From a virus (taxonomy: Duplodnaviria; Caudoviricetes), in the IMG/VR virus record IMGVR_UViG_3300033153_005246, positions 1 to 59,239 of that record: a stretch of 59,239 bases of DNA. One strand, 5' to 3'. This document shows, in pieces, positions 41,258-51,047 of the stretch; the stretch's first letter is position 1; every line of letters starts with the position of its first letter. A program made the position numbers and the translations under genes. The notes beneath the pieces were generated by a model. That model searched no databases. It was not told the origin of the DNA and saw only the letters and a program-made list of their open reading frames with translations.

Positions 41258-42244
41258 TTAATCTATTTTTATTCCAGAAATTTCATAAAAAATCTCAGCA
41301 TCGAAATTCGGTAAGTTTTTAACAGTTTCTTTGTCTTTAACGCTGGCATTGTCCCATGCTCTTTCAAATGCTGTTTTATAATCTAGTGTTCTTAAAAATC
41401 CTCCACAAGTTTCAATCTCATTTTTGTACTCTTCTTTCTCTTCTTCTGTTGCAGTATCATGACTGACCCATTGTGTAAGATCAAAGTATAAGAATGAGGG
41501 AAAAGAAATACTTCCCATTTCAAGTTCTGTATCTTTATTAAACAGCCTTGCGATAGGGTTTTCAGTGTTAAAGAATCCAGAGTTCCAATTTCCAGAGTTC
41601 CAATTTCCAGAGTTCCAATTTCCAGAGTTCCAATTTCCAGAGTTTCTGTTTCCAGAGTTTCTGTATCCAGAGTTGCTGTATCCAGAGTTGCTGTTTCCAG
41701 AGTTGCTGTCTCCAGAGTTGCTGTATCCAGAGTTCCTGTATCCAGAGTTGCTGTCTCCAGAGTTGCTGTTTCCAGAGTTGCTGTTTCCAGAGTTGCTGTT
41801 TCCAGAGTTGCTGTTTCCAGAGTTGCTGTTTCCAGAGTTGCTGTATCCAGAGTTGCTGTATCCAGAGTTGCTGTTTCCAGAGTTGCTGTCTCCAGAGTTG
41901 CTGTTTCCAGAGTTTCTGTCTCCAGAGTTTCTGTTTCCAGAGTTTCCAGAGCCTGTATTTATTAGACCCAACAATTCTGCCCACTCTACTTCTCTTACAA
42001 TTTTTATTTTATTTGTAGCCTGTTTATCCTTATCTGTACCAACGATATCTCCAATTAATTCTACTTCTGCAACTTTATTATCAGTATCAAAACTATAATA
42101 ATTGAAACAATCCACTGCCTTTTTACACGCATGAAACCCAACTTCACACAAAACAGGTTTTTCTTTCATTTCATAAGTTTCTCCTACTTCATATTGAAAT
42201 CCTCTACATGCCCAATCATTGTTAAAAACTTTATATGCTTTCAT
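41258..42244 (-). CDS. Pentapeptide-repeat (xxNSG) phage protein
   Basis: N-terminal 'CRGFQYEVG...GFHAC' domain, central repeat, C-terminal 'LPNFDAEIFYEISGI'. Confidence 0.85.
   Translation of the reverse strand: MKAYKVFNNDWACRGFQYEVGETYEMKEKPVLCEVGFHACKKAVDCFNYYSFDTDNKVAEVELIGDIVGTDKDKQATNKIKIVREVEWAELLGLINTGSGNSGNRNSGDRNSGNSNSGDSNSGNSNSGYSNSGYSNSGNSNSGNSNSGNSNSGNSNSGNSNSGDSNSGYRNSGYSNSGDSNSGNSNSGYSNSGYRNSGNRNSGNWNSGNWNSGNWNSGNWNSGFFNTENPIARLFNKDTELEMGSISFPSFLYFDLTQWVSHDTATEEEKEEYKNEIETCGGFLRTLDYKTAFERAWDNASVKDKETVKNLPNFDAEIFYEISGIKID
41576..41944. repeat. 15-bp coding tandem repeat
   Basis: 25 invariant TCCAGAGTT cores at exact 15-bp spacing with 6 variable bases between them. Confidence 0.95.
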
Positions 42245-42273
42245 ATTTTCTCCTTTTATTTAATTATATTAAT

Positions 42274-42302
42274 ATGTTAACATTAAATGATACGTTTGTC
42301 AA
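42274..42302 (-). promoter_or_regulatory. sigma70-type promoter
   Basis: TTGACA-17-TAACAT with TG extension. Confidence 0.65.
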
Positions 42303-42322
42303 GTAGGAAAGTGTTTTTATTT

Positions 42323-43735
42323 CTAAAATGGTATATCATCTTCCATTCCAATATTTGTAGTATCAAATAAATTCGTATTTATCTTTTTCTTTTCTACAGG
42401 AATTTCTTCTATTTTATCATGGAATGTTTCCATAAATTCTAAAACATATGGATTGATTTTGATATCTTCATGTTTCAGATCTCTTTTCAATCCTATTCTT
42501 TCAAAATCAGAGAATCTACTTAATGCTACATAGACTAAATGGTCAGCAAATACTTTATAGCTAAAATCTACGTACCCTTCATGGAAAGTACACGACTGAG
42601 ATTTGTGTACCGTAAAAGAATATCCGAGAGTGCAGGGATATTGACTAAACCTACTCTTAACCTCTTGGGTCAATTTTCCCTTAATAAGCTTGTACTTATA
42701 TTCCTTAAACGTATAGTGTTCTATTTCTATTAAATGCCCTTTTATTTTTATCTCTATTAGTTTATCATTAATAACCCTTTCAAAGTGTCCCATTGTTCCA
42801 TTCTGAAATCTTTTAGCAGGATCATTAACCAGCATCATTAATTTGCAACCTTTCTTTAATTTTAAATGTACTGGAGCCATAAAATTCTTTGTATTGACAT
42901 TACCTACTATTCTTGCTTGAAAATGGTATTCTTTTTCCGTAATCTCAGCTAAAGCTTTATCGTTGATTTCTGCTACAATAGCATTAAAAGGAGCGATATG
43001 CACCCCTTCTGGAAATTCTCTCTTGTATCTCCTGTATGGAATACGTTTAGAATTTATTACTTCCAAATCTTTATCTGTTTGTTTTCCTACTCTTATTCTA
43101 TTCAGAATATCTTTGAATCCAGAATCGCTTTGCCTGTAAATTTTAGTGAACTCGATTCTATAGAATGTGTGTGCATTTTCTCTGTAAGCTTTACTGGCAA
43201 AAAAATAAGGATTTCCCCCATATCTATCATTATAGAAAAATATTTCCTCTTTGTTTTTACCTATAATAGGAGATAATTGCATAAGATCGCCTACACAAAT
43301 TAATTGTATTTTTCCGAAAACAACATCATTATTTTTTGCTTTCCTACACAAAGCATCCATTGTGTCAAATATGTCTGCTCTATTCATCGAGATTTCATCT
43401 ATACATATTTTATCTACTCTTTCCAGGATACTTCTTACATCTGGGTGTAAATAGACATCTTCTGGATCTTTGGGATGTACCCCAAGCCGAAAAGTGGAGT
43501 GAATTGTGCTGGCTTCTATCCGAGTTGCTGCTATGCCTGTGGGAGCTATATAAAGAGTTGTAATATTATTTATTTTATCTAAAGCTTTCATCAAATGAAT
43601 AAACTGAGATTTACCAGATCCGCTATTCCCTAATAATATGGTATTTCTTTTCTGCCTATATATTGTATCTAATGCATCATTCATTTGATCATTTATTTCC
43701 AAATGGCTAAAATTTTCTGGCAGGTCTAAATTCAT
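42323..43735 (-). CDS. Pif1/RecD-like SF1B helicase
   Basis: GNSGSGKS, APTGIAA, TIHS, IDEISM, GDLMQL, YRQ, TVHKSQ and YVALSR motifs. Confidence 0.9.
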   Translation of the reverse strand: MNLDLPENFSHLEINDQMNDALDTIYRQKRNTILLGNSGSGKSQFIHLMKALDKINNITTLYIAPTGIAATRIEASTIHSTFRLGVHPKDPEDVYLHPDVRSILERVDKICIDEISMNRADIFDTMDALCRKAKNNDVVFGKIQLICVGDLMQLSPIIGKNKEEIFFYNDRYGGNPYFFASKAYRENAHTFYRIEFTKIYRQSDSGFKDILNRIRVGKQTDKDLEVINSKRIPYRRYKREFPEGVHIAPFNAIVAEINDKALAEITEKEYHFQARIVGNVNTKNFMAPVHLKLKKGCKLMMLVNDPAKRFQNGTMGHFERVINDKLIEIKIKGHLIEIEHYTFKEYKYKLIKGKLTQEVKSRFSQYPCTLGYSFTVHKSQSCTFHEGYVDFSYKVFADHLVYVALSRFSDFERIGLKRDLKHEDIKINPYVLEFMETFHDKIEEIPVEKKKINTNLFDTTNIGMEDDIPF

Positions 43736-44491
43736 TTATCTTCCTCTTCTCCATCTACTAAATATTTTAAATCAGCATAGTTTATTCTCTGTGTAAAAAG
43801 CAATAAAACTCTTATTAATTCAGTGCTTGTGGTATTTGGGAATTCTTCTCTAAAATCATTAAATAACATTTCAATTCTATATTCTAACTCATTAATTCTA
43901 TGTATTGGGTCTTCTTTATTTATTATCATTGACTTTCGTAATTCTTTCAATATATCCTTCTCATTCATCCCCACACTCCTTTTTCCAAAACAATTCCAAA
44001 GCCCCTACTTTAGCTTCGTCTTCATCTGTATAATCTCTAAAAAAGAAATCCTTATCTTTCTCATCCCAAACAAAAACACAACTAATACGATCACTTTCTA
44101 CGGCAATCCAATTCTGACCATTATACTTTCTATTAATACCTTCTATTGCTCTTTGTAATAAAAAGGGGAAGTAAACATCTATTTCAATATTCATTTCAGG
44201 AGGGAATATAAGTTTCTTTTTATTGGGAGCTAATAATACTATAGTATACTTTCCCATCCATAGATCTTTCTTTACAAATTCAAATCCAATGGCATTTTTT
44301 ACTATCCATTCAAGTAATTCAATATTCATTTATTTCCTCCATCATATCCCATAATTCTGCTAATTTCTCCAGTATATAGTTATTGAATGCAACTTGTTTC
44401 TCAATAGTAGTGCCATGCTTCACACCAAGTCGTTTTTCCATATACTCATTACCTTCTTTTCTAAATTTATCTATTGTTTTCATTATAACTC

Positions 44492-45544
44492 CTATAAATT
44501 TCCAATAGAAACAATCAATTCTATTCCATGTTCAACATTATAACAATACAGCATATTATACATAATGTTAAAATAGTCAAAATTTATGTAAACACTTTTG
44601 AAGTATTCTATACTAATTTTAAACTTATCTTTTTCACCCGCCGAATACTTATCAATATTTATTGATGCTCTAGTTTCCTGTGTTTTATCCTGATTATTTG
44701 CAACAACCAACATCCGACTTTCATTAATAATACTAACCTCTACTTTCTTATCTAAGTTTTTGTAGTTCAATAAAAATGTATCGATGAAATCTATATTTTC
44801 TTCCTTATTTACATAAATTGAGTAGTTATAATCCAGTTCTTCTGTAGCATTAGAAAATAAATCTTTATATGCAAATGCATTTTTCATATTATTGTTGCAA
44901 ACCAGTGTATAGTTATCCTTCCCAAAGAATAGGATATCATCAGAAACACCACACTTAGTAAAACCATTGCTTATTATGTGCTTTAAGGTTTCTCCCTCTA
45001 CAGCAAATGGAGCATCGAACTCTTCAGTAATCCCCATTTTTGTTATATTATACCTATCTGATGCAATCATTTCTCCATTTTCAAATATAATATTCCCATG
45101 TTTAACATCAGATTTATCATATTTAACGTACTGTTTGAAGAAAGGAGATATATCAGGAAAATCCTCCATCTCTGAATCTTTGCCTAACATTTTCTTTTTA
45201 TCTGAGGTTATGTTGGGCAAGGAAAAAGTATTTAAAGATTTTCCATTCCTGATCGTGAAAGCATTGTCGTCCTGTTTGGCAGTGATTTCTTCTTTCTTAA
45301 TCTTCTTAATCAGATTGAACAATTCCTTAGCTGGAAGAGCAATCTCCTCATCAATTATATCAAAATCTTCTGCAAGATTGCCATCATATTTATAGTGGTA
45401 TGCCATAACATCTGTATAGCACCAAATTACATTCTCTTTTGTATTAAAAAAAATATACTTAGCATCTTCAATGTAGTTGTTATCATTAAAAATAAACTTG
45501 AAATGATTAAGAATATCAAGAAGGTCTTTAGTCTTTATTTTCAT
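44492..45544 (-). CDS. Sliding clamp (beta-clamp-like)
   Basis: 350 aa, 'DFPDI' and 'ASDRY' motifs; a clamp loader is present in the region. Confidence 0.55.
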   Translation of the reverse strand: MKIKTKDLLDILNHFKFIFNDNNYIEDAKYIFFNTKENVIWCYTDVMAYHYKYDGNLAEDFDIIDEEIALPAKELFNLIKKIKKEEITAKQDDNAFTIRNGKSLNTFSLPNITSDKKKMLGKDSEMEDFPDISPFFKQYVKYDKSDVKHGNIIFENGEMIASDRYNITKMGITEEFDAPFAVEGETLKHIISNGFTKCGVSDDILFFGKDNYTLVCNNNMKNAFAYKDLFSNATEELDYNYSIYVNKEENIDFIDTFLLNYKNLDKKVEVSIINESRMLVVANNQDKTQETRASINIDKYSAGEKDKFKISIEYFKSVYINFDYFNIMYNMLYCYNVEHGIELIVSIGNL

Positions 45545-46559
45545 TTATTACACTCCCCCACTATTTAAATACGTAGCATAATCTTCATAACATTCAGAAG
45601 AACAAAGAGGATTATATTCACTTTTATTACTCATTATAAATTCTCCGCAGTTAACACACTTGCCTACAGGAACAGGATCATCTTCGCCAATCTCCTGATA
45701 ACTATGTACAGCATATCCTGTGTATTGTTTTGCTGTTGGATCAATTACATTTCCATCTTCATCTTTCAGCCACATATGCTGATATTTTTTCATATTGCTT
45801 AATATCACAAATCCTTTCGCAATTAATAATTCTGGAAACTTCATTTGCATTCTGTTACTTTGCTCTTTACATTTTCCAAACGAATCTTTTAATGGGATAT
45901 CTGCTATCCATTCTTTATATTCAATATTCATTTATTCTCCTTTACAAATAAGTTTAATTAAAGTATCTACAACATTATCTTCCAGAATGCTTTGATCTTT
46001 TCTAACTAATCTAATAAACTCTGTTTTCATATAAGCTGTAATGCTCTCAATTTCTAATAGTGATAGAATAATCTCTACAGGAAGCTCATCATTATTAGTA
46101 GCTCTTTCTAAATGAATATCTAAGAAATGAGTAAATACAAAATTTATACTTTTACAAATATCAGAATTTATACTCATTTTAAAGAGGAATGTTGAAACAG
46201 TTTCTTGTGTTACATCAATATGAGATTTTTGATAACGAATTTTCTCCATAAACTTTCTTTCTGTAAACCATTTTGCATACTCAGGGTTTTCTTCAGTAAG
46301 ATCATTATATTTTTCCAGCCATATAGAAGCTGATCTCTTAAGTATAGGATCACCACCAGAAGAACATGATCCCATTGAGGCAAAACGCCCATCTGTACAA
46401 TGCTCCCCTTGTACAGATTTTCTGAAAGGACATTCCTCACAGTGTATTCCTACACAACTTCCCCTCTTTTCCAACTTTTTACAAATTTCTGCATCTTCTA
46501 AATTAATTTTAATGTTATCATATATTTCTTTATCTGTCATTTATTTCTCCTTATAATTC

Positions 46560-46588
46560 AATATAGCATAATTTTATTTATTTGTCAA
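46560..46588 (-). promoter_or_regulatory. sigma70-type promoter
   Basis: TTGACA-17-TATATT with TG extension. Confidence 0.7.
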
Positions 46589-46591
46589 GGA

Positions 46592-47119
46592 TTATATTAA
46601 TCCTTCCATTGCTCCAGTTAGAATTTCCACATAAGGCATATAATCTGTCCCATATAAAATTAACAAAGTATATTCCAGTGTACTCTGTGGAATCTTCTTT
46701 CCATTCAAGAAATTACCAATCCCAAAATTATAACATGCAAAGGTATCAAACCAATTCCCATTCAATCTATCATTCAAATGTCTCAGGTACGCCGCACCCA
46801 TTTTGATATTTGTTTCTTTATCATACAAATCAATCGGAATCCCATTATTGAATTTATCAGCAAAGTATTCCGTGTTTACTGTATTGATCTGGGAGTACCC
46901 TATGCTCTGTGTTCCATTGTTTTCATATCTAATGGCATCCCCATTATACTGGCTTTCCAGTTTGTGAAGTCGTGATAGATATTTAATTGGAATATTGTAC
47001 TCCCTACTAACATCAATAATAATCTGCCTGTCTTCCCTTGGATACTGTTTCAGGAATAAGTCTTCTGCAAATGTTGTGTACCCTGCTAAAATAAATAATA
47101 AAATAAAAATAATTCTCAT
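46592..47119 (-). CDS. Secreted lytic transglycosylase (SLT domain)
   Basis: Signal peptide; LES, IGYSQIN, NIKMGAAYL and ACYNFG motifs. Confidence 0.85.
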   Translation of the reverse strand: MRIIFILLFILAGYTTFAEDLFLKQYPREDRQIIIDVSREYNIPIKYLSRLHKLESQYNGDAIRYENNGTQSIGYSQINTVNTEYFADKFNNGIPIDLYDKETNIKMGAAYLRHLNDRLNGNWFDTFACYNFGIGNFLNGKKIPQSTLEYTLLILYGTDYMPYVEILTGAMEGLI

Positions 47120-47152
47120 AATTAAAAATCCCTTTATACTAATATAAGGGGA

Positions 47153-47181
47153 ATTGTAACACAGTTTGTTTTATTTGTCAA
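47153..47181 (-). promoter_or_regulatory. sigma70-type promoter
   Basis: TTGACA-17-TACAAT with TG extension. Confidence 0.7.
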
Positions 47182-48610
47182 GAGGTTTAAATAAATTTGT
47201 AAAAACAGCTTCTAACATGGGAACCACTATCCCTCTTCCAGCACGCTCATATAGTTTTGTATTAGATAGTCCTCCAATTTCTTTGGTTTTTTCAAAATCT
47301 TCATCATGATATCCCATCAATCTCCAACATTCTAAAGGAGTTAATCTTCTTACTTTAAAATTCACATACAACATACTATCTGATTTTACTGTAATTAAAG
47401 AATTAGATACATTGTCTTTTCTTGTTTCTATCTGTTTTTTAATAACCCCATTCTCATTTCGTCTTCCTCTAGAGGCTACTCCAACCACAACATTATCTTT
47501 TTGTACTGTAGATAAAGTGTTGGTAACATCTGGATTTTGATTTATCTCTAATATTTGCACAGTAGGTAGTCCTTTTTCTCTGCTTTTAGGATTATCTGGA
47601 TTTCTTCCAACTATCCTTCCTGCTTGCATAATTTTTGGCTGTCTATTTCCCCCATTCATACTATTTAAAGTTGGAGATAATCCTTCTTCCGAATATATTC
47701 TTGTATTTGCATGTTTTTTATCGTCTATATTTCCTACTTGAATTAGTGTTCTTTTTTTCTTTTCTATAGATGTTCCTTTATAGTAATGAGTGTCCAAATA
47801 ACAATCAATTTCTTGATTGGGAAGATTGTCAGTAATGTGTTTATATTTATCTGGATTGATAAAATATTTCTCACCTACTTCTCCCTCAAGAATTTCTTTT
47901 AAAGAGACATCCACACTATTATTTGTAGGCATATGGAAATTATCATTATCATGTTCTTTCAAAATTGAAATCATAATAACTCTTTCCCGATTCTGAGGTA
48001 CACCATAATGTTTCCCATTCAACACTGACCAATAAGAATTATACTCGTAGGAATCTAACAGAGAAATCCAATCTTTAAAATCTTGTATATGGTTCTTCCC
48101 TACCAGATTCTTTACATTCTCCATCATAAGATATGTGGGAAGTTTATGTTTAATAATCCTATCACATTCCCATAATAAAGAAGACTGTGTACCACTCCCT
48201 CGTTTTAAACCCTCTTGTCTTCCGGCTATTGACACACTTTTACAAGGATACGAATATGTAAACATATCAAAATCTGGTAATTTAGTTTCATCAATCTTTC
48301 TTATATCTCCCCAATTTTTGTTTCTCTTATGAGCAACATACATTTTTGTAACATCTTTCAATCCTCTGGGAATTTCATTTTTGTATGTAGAAAAATTATA
48401 ACCAATATTACATCTCTCAAACTCTTCTACCATTTCTTCTTTTGATGAGATCTCTACTTCCATCTCCTGATCATTATGAATAGCATCATATGCTATTAGA
48501 GCATATCTATCTACTTCTGACATTCCAACTAATTCAAAATCTACACCAATATTTTTTAAAGCCATCTCAGGACTTCCTACTCCAGTAAATGTGCTAAATA
48601 ATTTAATCAC
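47171..48610 (-). CDS. dcm: C5-cytosine DNA methyltransferase family protein; predicted carboxymethyltransferase
   Basis: FTGVG (I), YPC (IV), ENV (VI), PQNRER (VIII), RRLTPLECWRLMG (IX); motif X reads AGRGIVV instead of AGNSIVV. Confidence 0.85.
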   Translation of the reverse strand: MIKLFSTFTGVGSPEMALKNIGVDFELVGMSEVDRYALIAYDAIHNDQEMEVEISSKEEMVEEFERCNIGYNFSTYKNEIPRGLKDVTKMYVAHKRNKNWGDIRKIDETKLPDFDMFTYSYPCKSVSIAGRQEGLKRGSGTQSSLLWECDRIIKHKLPTYLMMENVKNLVGKNHIQDFKDWISLLDSYEYNSYWSVLNGKHYGVPQNRERVIMISILKEHDNDNFHMPTNNSVDVSLKEILEGEVGEKYFINPDKYKHITDNLPNQEIDCYLDTHYYKGTSIEKKKRTLIQVGNIDDKKHANTRIYSEEGLSPTLNSMNGGNRQPKIMQAGRIVGRNPDNPKSREKGLPTVQILEINQNPDVTNTLSTVQKDNVVVGVASRGRRNENGVIKKQIETRKDNVSNSLITVKSDSMLYVNFKVRRLTPLECWRLMGYHDEDFEKTKEIGGLSNTKLYERAGRGIVVPMLEAVFTNLFKPLDK

Positions 48611-49311
48611 TCTTTAACTCCTATCCATCCAGCAAAATTTAAATATCTCCAAAAACAATCGACGTAATTAAAACCAGCCGAATAAAGCATATCTTCATTC
48701 CACTTCGCAGTCATTGGTACTAACACCCCTTCTAAAGACAATCGTTTCCTAGCAATATCTTCACTGGAATATCCATTATCTTCTTTCATCTGATAATATT
48801 TCTTTAAAAGAACATCATCAATTAAGGCTGAGTTTCCAAGAATTTTTTCAACTAAAATTATTACACCGCCCTTCTCCGTAGATTCGTAAATTTTTCTTAA
48901 TAATCTTTGTCGATATTCTATTGGAATAAATTGTAAAGTCAAAACACACAATGTAACTGAAGATCTACATTCAGGATAGTCGAATCTCAAGTCTACATTT
49001 TTAAAATCAACTATACTCCAAAGATCAGGGTAATTATCTTCAATTTCTTTAAGCATGTTATCAGAAGTATCTATGCCTATTAAGTTATTTGTTTTAGTAA
49101 ATTTGGTTGCTAAACGAGATATAGCATCTCCTCTTGAGCATCCCAGATCTACTATAGATGTTCTTGGTTGTACATATTCTATAGCTATATTGTGAACTAA
49201 CTCCCTCATAGCCCTGTATTGAGGGATAGATCGTTCCAGCATATTATCAAAGACTTTTGATACATCCTCATCGAACTCCCACTTCCCTTCTGGTCTGTAA
49301 TCATCTTTCAT
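48607..49311 (-). CDS. cmoA: CmoA-like carboxy-S-adenosylmethionine synthase
   Basis: FDEDVSKVFDNMLERSIPQY, DLGCSRG, TLQFI, EK, GYS..DIARKRLSLEGVL and LNFAG match CmoA blocks. Confidence 0.8.
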   Translation of the reverse strand: MKDDYRPEGKWEFDEDVSKVFDNMLERSIPQYRAMRELVHNIAIEYVQPRTSIVDLGCSRGDAISRLATKFTKTNNLIGIDTSDNMLKEIEDNYPDLWSIVDFKNVDLRFDYPECRSSVTLCVLTLQFIPIEYRQRLLRKIYESTEKGGVIILVEKILGNSALIDDVLLKKYYQMKEDNGYSSEDIARKRLSLEGVLVPMTAKWNEDMLYSAGFNYVDCFWRYLNFAGWIGVKE

Positions 49312-49321
49312 ATTCTCTCCT

Positions 49322-50029
49322 TTATTCTCTTATAAACGGATATGGGTCTATAGGAATCCATTGTTCTCCAGAATACACTTCAATTTGAAAATGAAGATGT
49401 ATACCATCACTAAATCCCGTAGAACCCATCCACATAATGCCCGTATCTGATGTAACAAGTTCACCAGTAATTCCTGCATAATAGATCTTCTCTCCATGCG
49501 CATACATTGATCTTACTCTATCAGAATGTCTTACATAAATCACTTTTCCAAAAACTTCATCCATACCGTGATGTACAACTTCCCCGTCTCCAATAGGTGT
49601 AATCATCCAATCATCTGTGTCTGAAACAATATCGATTCCGGTGTGATCATCTCTCAATCGTCCATGAAAACCTATGCTTTCTCCAAAATGAGCTGTTACA
49701 GAAAAAGGAACTCTAAGTGGAGAGCCACGTGGAATTTCTTTAATTAACTCATGTATCTCATTAGGTGACAAGAGATCCTTTAGAGGATCAAGGACAGCTC
49801 GAATTCGCACGTTCTCCTCTAACTGGGTATAGTCTTCCTTTAGCTCACCATAACCCCGTAGCGACTGCTGTAATGCTATAGCATATTCATCCACCTCTGC
49901 CAACCTATCTTGTGAAGCACTCAATTTTTTATGCAGCAAAACTATCTCACACGCTTGAATAACAAATAATCCCAACAGAATAACTGTCAGGATCATTGCC
50001 AATTTTAAAATAGGTATTTTCAAATCCAA
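49322..50029 (-). CDS. Membrane-anchored M23 metallopeptidase
   Basis: N-terminal TM, coiled coil, HTGID, YAH and HLHF motifs. Confidence 0.85.
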   Translation of the reverse strand: MDLKIPILKLAMILTVILLGLFVIQACEIVLLHKKLSASQDRLAEVDEYAIALQQSLRGYGELKEDYTQLEENVRIRAVLDPLKDLLSPNEIHELIKEIPRGSPLRVPFSVTAHFGESIGFHGRLRDDHTGIDIVSDTDDWMITPIGDGEVVHHGMDEVFGKVIYVRHSDRVRSMYAHGEKIYYAGITGELVTSDTGIMWMGSTGFSDGIHLHFQIEVYSGEQWIPIDPYPFIRE

Positions 50030-50715
50030 TTCCCCTTTCCATCGGGGAAAACTTCTATTAATGACTCTTCAATACCATATGTGTATACCCAAGTCTTTTC
50101 CCATTGACCCCATTCCTTACTTTCTCCAGTATGAATGTTTTTAAATTTTCTTTTATATTGTCCTAATTTAGTATATTTTTGAACATCTATAAAATCTATT
50201 TGAGGTTTTCCTTTATACCCCTGTTCCCACACAAACCAGCCAGTGCAGAGGGCACCCACATGAAATAATCCATCATCTCTCAATGGTGTTTGGTAGTCTA
50301 CATATCTTGTAAACACATAAATATTCTTTAATGTATCCCAAATTCCAGATTCAAATCTTGACTGTGTGCCAAAGTAATTAGTTCTGCCAAGCATTATTGT
50401 TTTATTGGCAGATAATTCTTTTCCTTTACTTACAAATTTATCCCACAAAGAAAATGGGGGATTTGTCATAATATCACCATTGTGTTTTTCTGTTGTCTTA
50501 AGAAAATTAGTTCCGGTGAGAATATCTGTTGCTCTATACTCTATATTGTGTTCTTTAAATACATCAGTAATTGCACCATACCCACTTGCAGGTTCCCATA
50601 CATTATTTACTTTTTCTACTTTTAAAAGTTCTGTTGTTAGGGATTTGGGTGTGTGGTATAGATCACCGCCCGGTCTTTCTGATGCTGATTTTCTATTTGC
50701 GTATGCTTTTCCCAT
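50020..50715 (-). CDS. N6-adenine DNA methyltransferase
   Basis: DLYHTP, WEPASGYGAI and TNPPF motifs. Confidence 0.85.
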   Translation of the reverse strand: MGKAYANRKSASERPGGDLYHTPKSLTTELLKVEKVNNVWEPASGYGAITDVFKEHNIEYRATDILTGTNFLKTTEKHNGDIMTNPPFSLWDKFVSKGKELSANKTIMLGRTNYFGTQSRFESGIWDTLKNIYVFTRYVDYQTPLRDDGLFHVGALCTGWFVWEQGYKGKPQIDFIDVQKYTKLGQYKRKFKNIHTGESKEWGQWEKTWVYTYGIEESLIEVFPDGKGNWI

Positions 50716-50742
50716 TATTCCTCCTTTTATTTATTGAATGTG

Positions 50743-50771
50743 ATACTAATATAATTTTTAGAGATTGTCAA
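50743..50771 (-). promoter_or_regulatory. sigma70-type promoter
   Basis: TTGACA-17-TAGTAT upstream of the MTase-M23-cmoA-dcm gene run. Confidence 0.6.
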
Positions 50772-51047
50772 GTATTTTTCTTTTCTTTTTAATAATATTA
50801 TTATACCAAGTCTTATAAGATTTATCTAAGTGCTCTAATTCAGGGTGATCTTTTAAGACTACTTCCGTGATTTCATCATATAACGTTTCGGCATTTTCTG
50901 GTAATGTTGTTCCTTTTGTCCCATTATCACTAGATTTTAACAGTTGTTGAGGTCTTGTCTTTATGAAAATGTTCCCATAACTTATAATCACCACAATAAG
51001 CACACTGTCTACCATGTGCATCTACTATCCCTTTATATTTCCCCATA
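50758..51047 (-). pseudogene. Frameshifted/internally deleted endonuclease-like gene
   Basis: 'MGKYKGIVDAHGRQCAYCG...' stops early; another frame continues 'QLLKSSDNGTKG...KDHPELEHLDK'. Confidence 0.5.

Noticed and set aside
41576-41944. Diversity-generating retroelement variable region
   Set aside because: No reverse transcriptase or template/variable repeat pair is visible in the window
41565-42098. Alternative-frame ORFs (PELLF and QQLWK repeats) and a possible CRISPR/guide-array reading of the 15-bp repeat
   Set aside because: These are shadows of the in-frame NSG coding repeat; the 6-nt variable parts are recurring codons, not unique spacers
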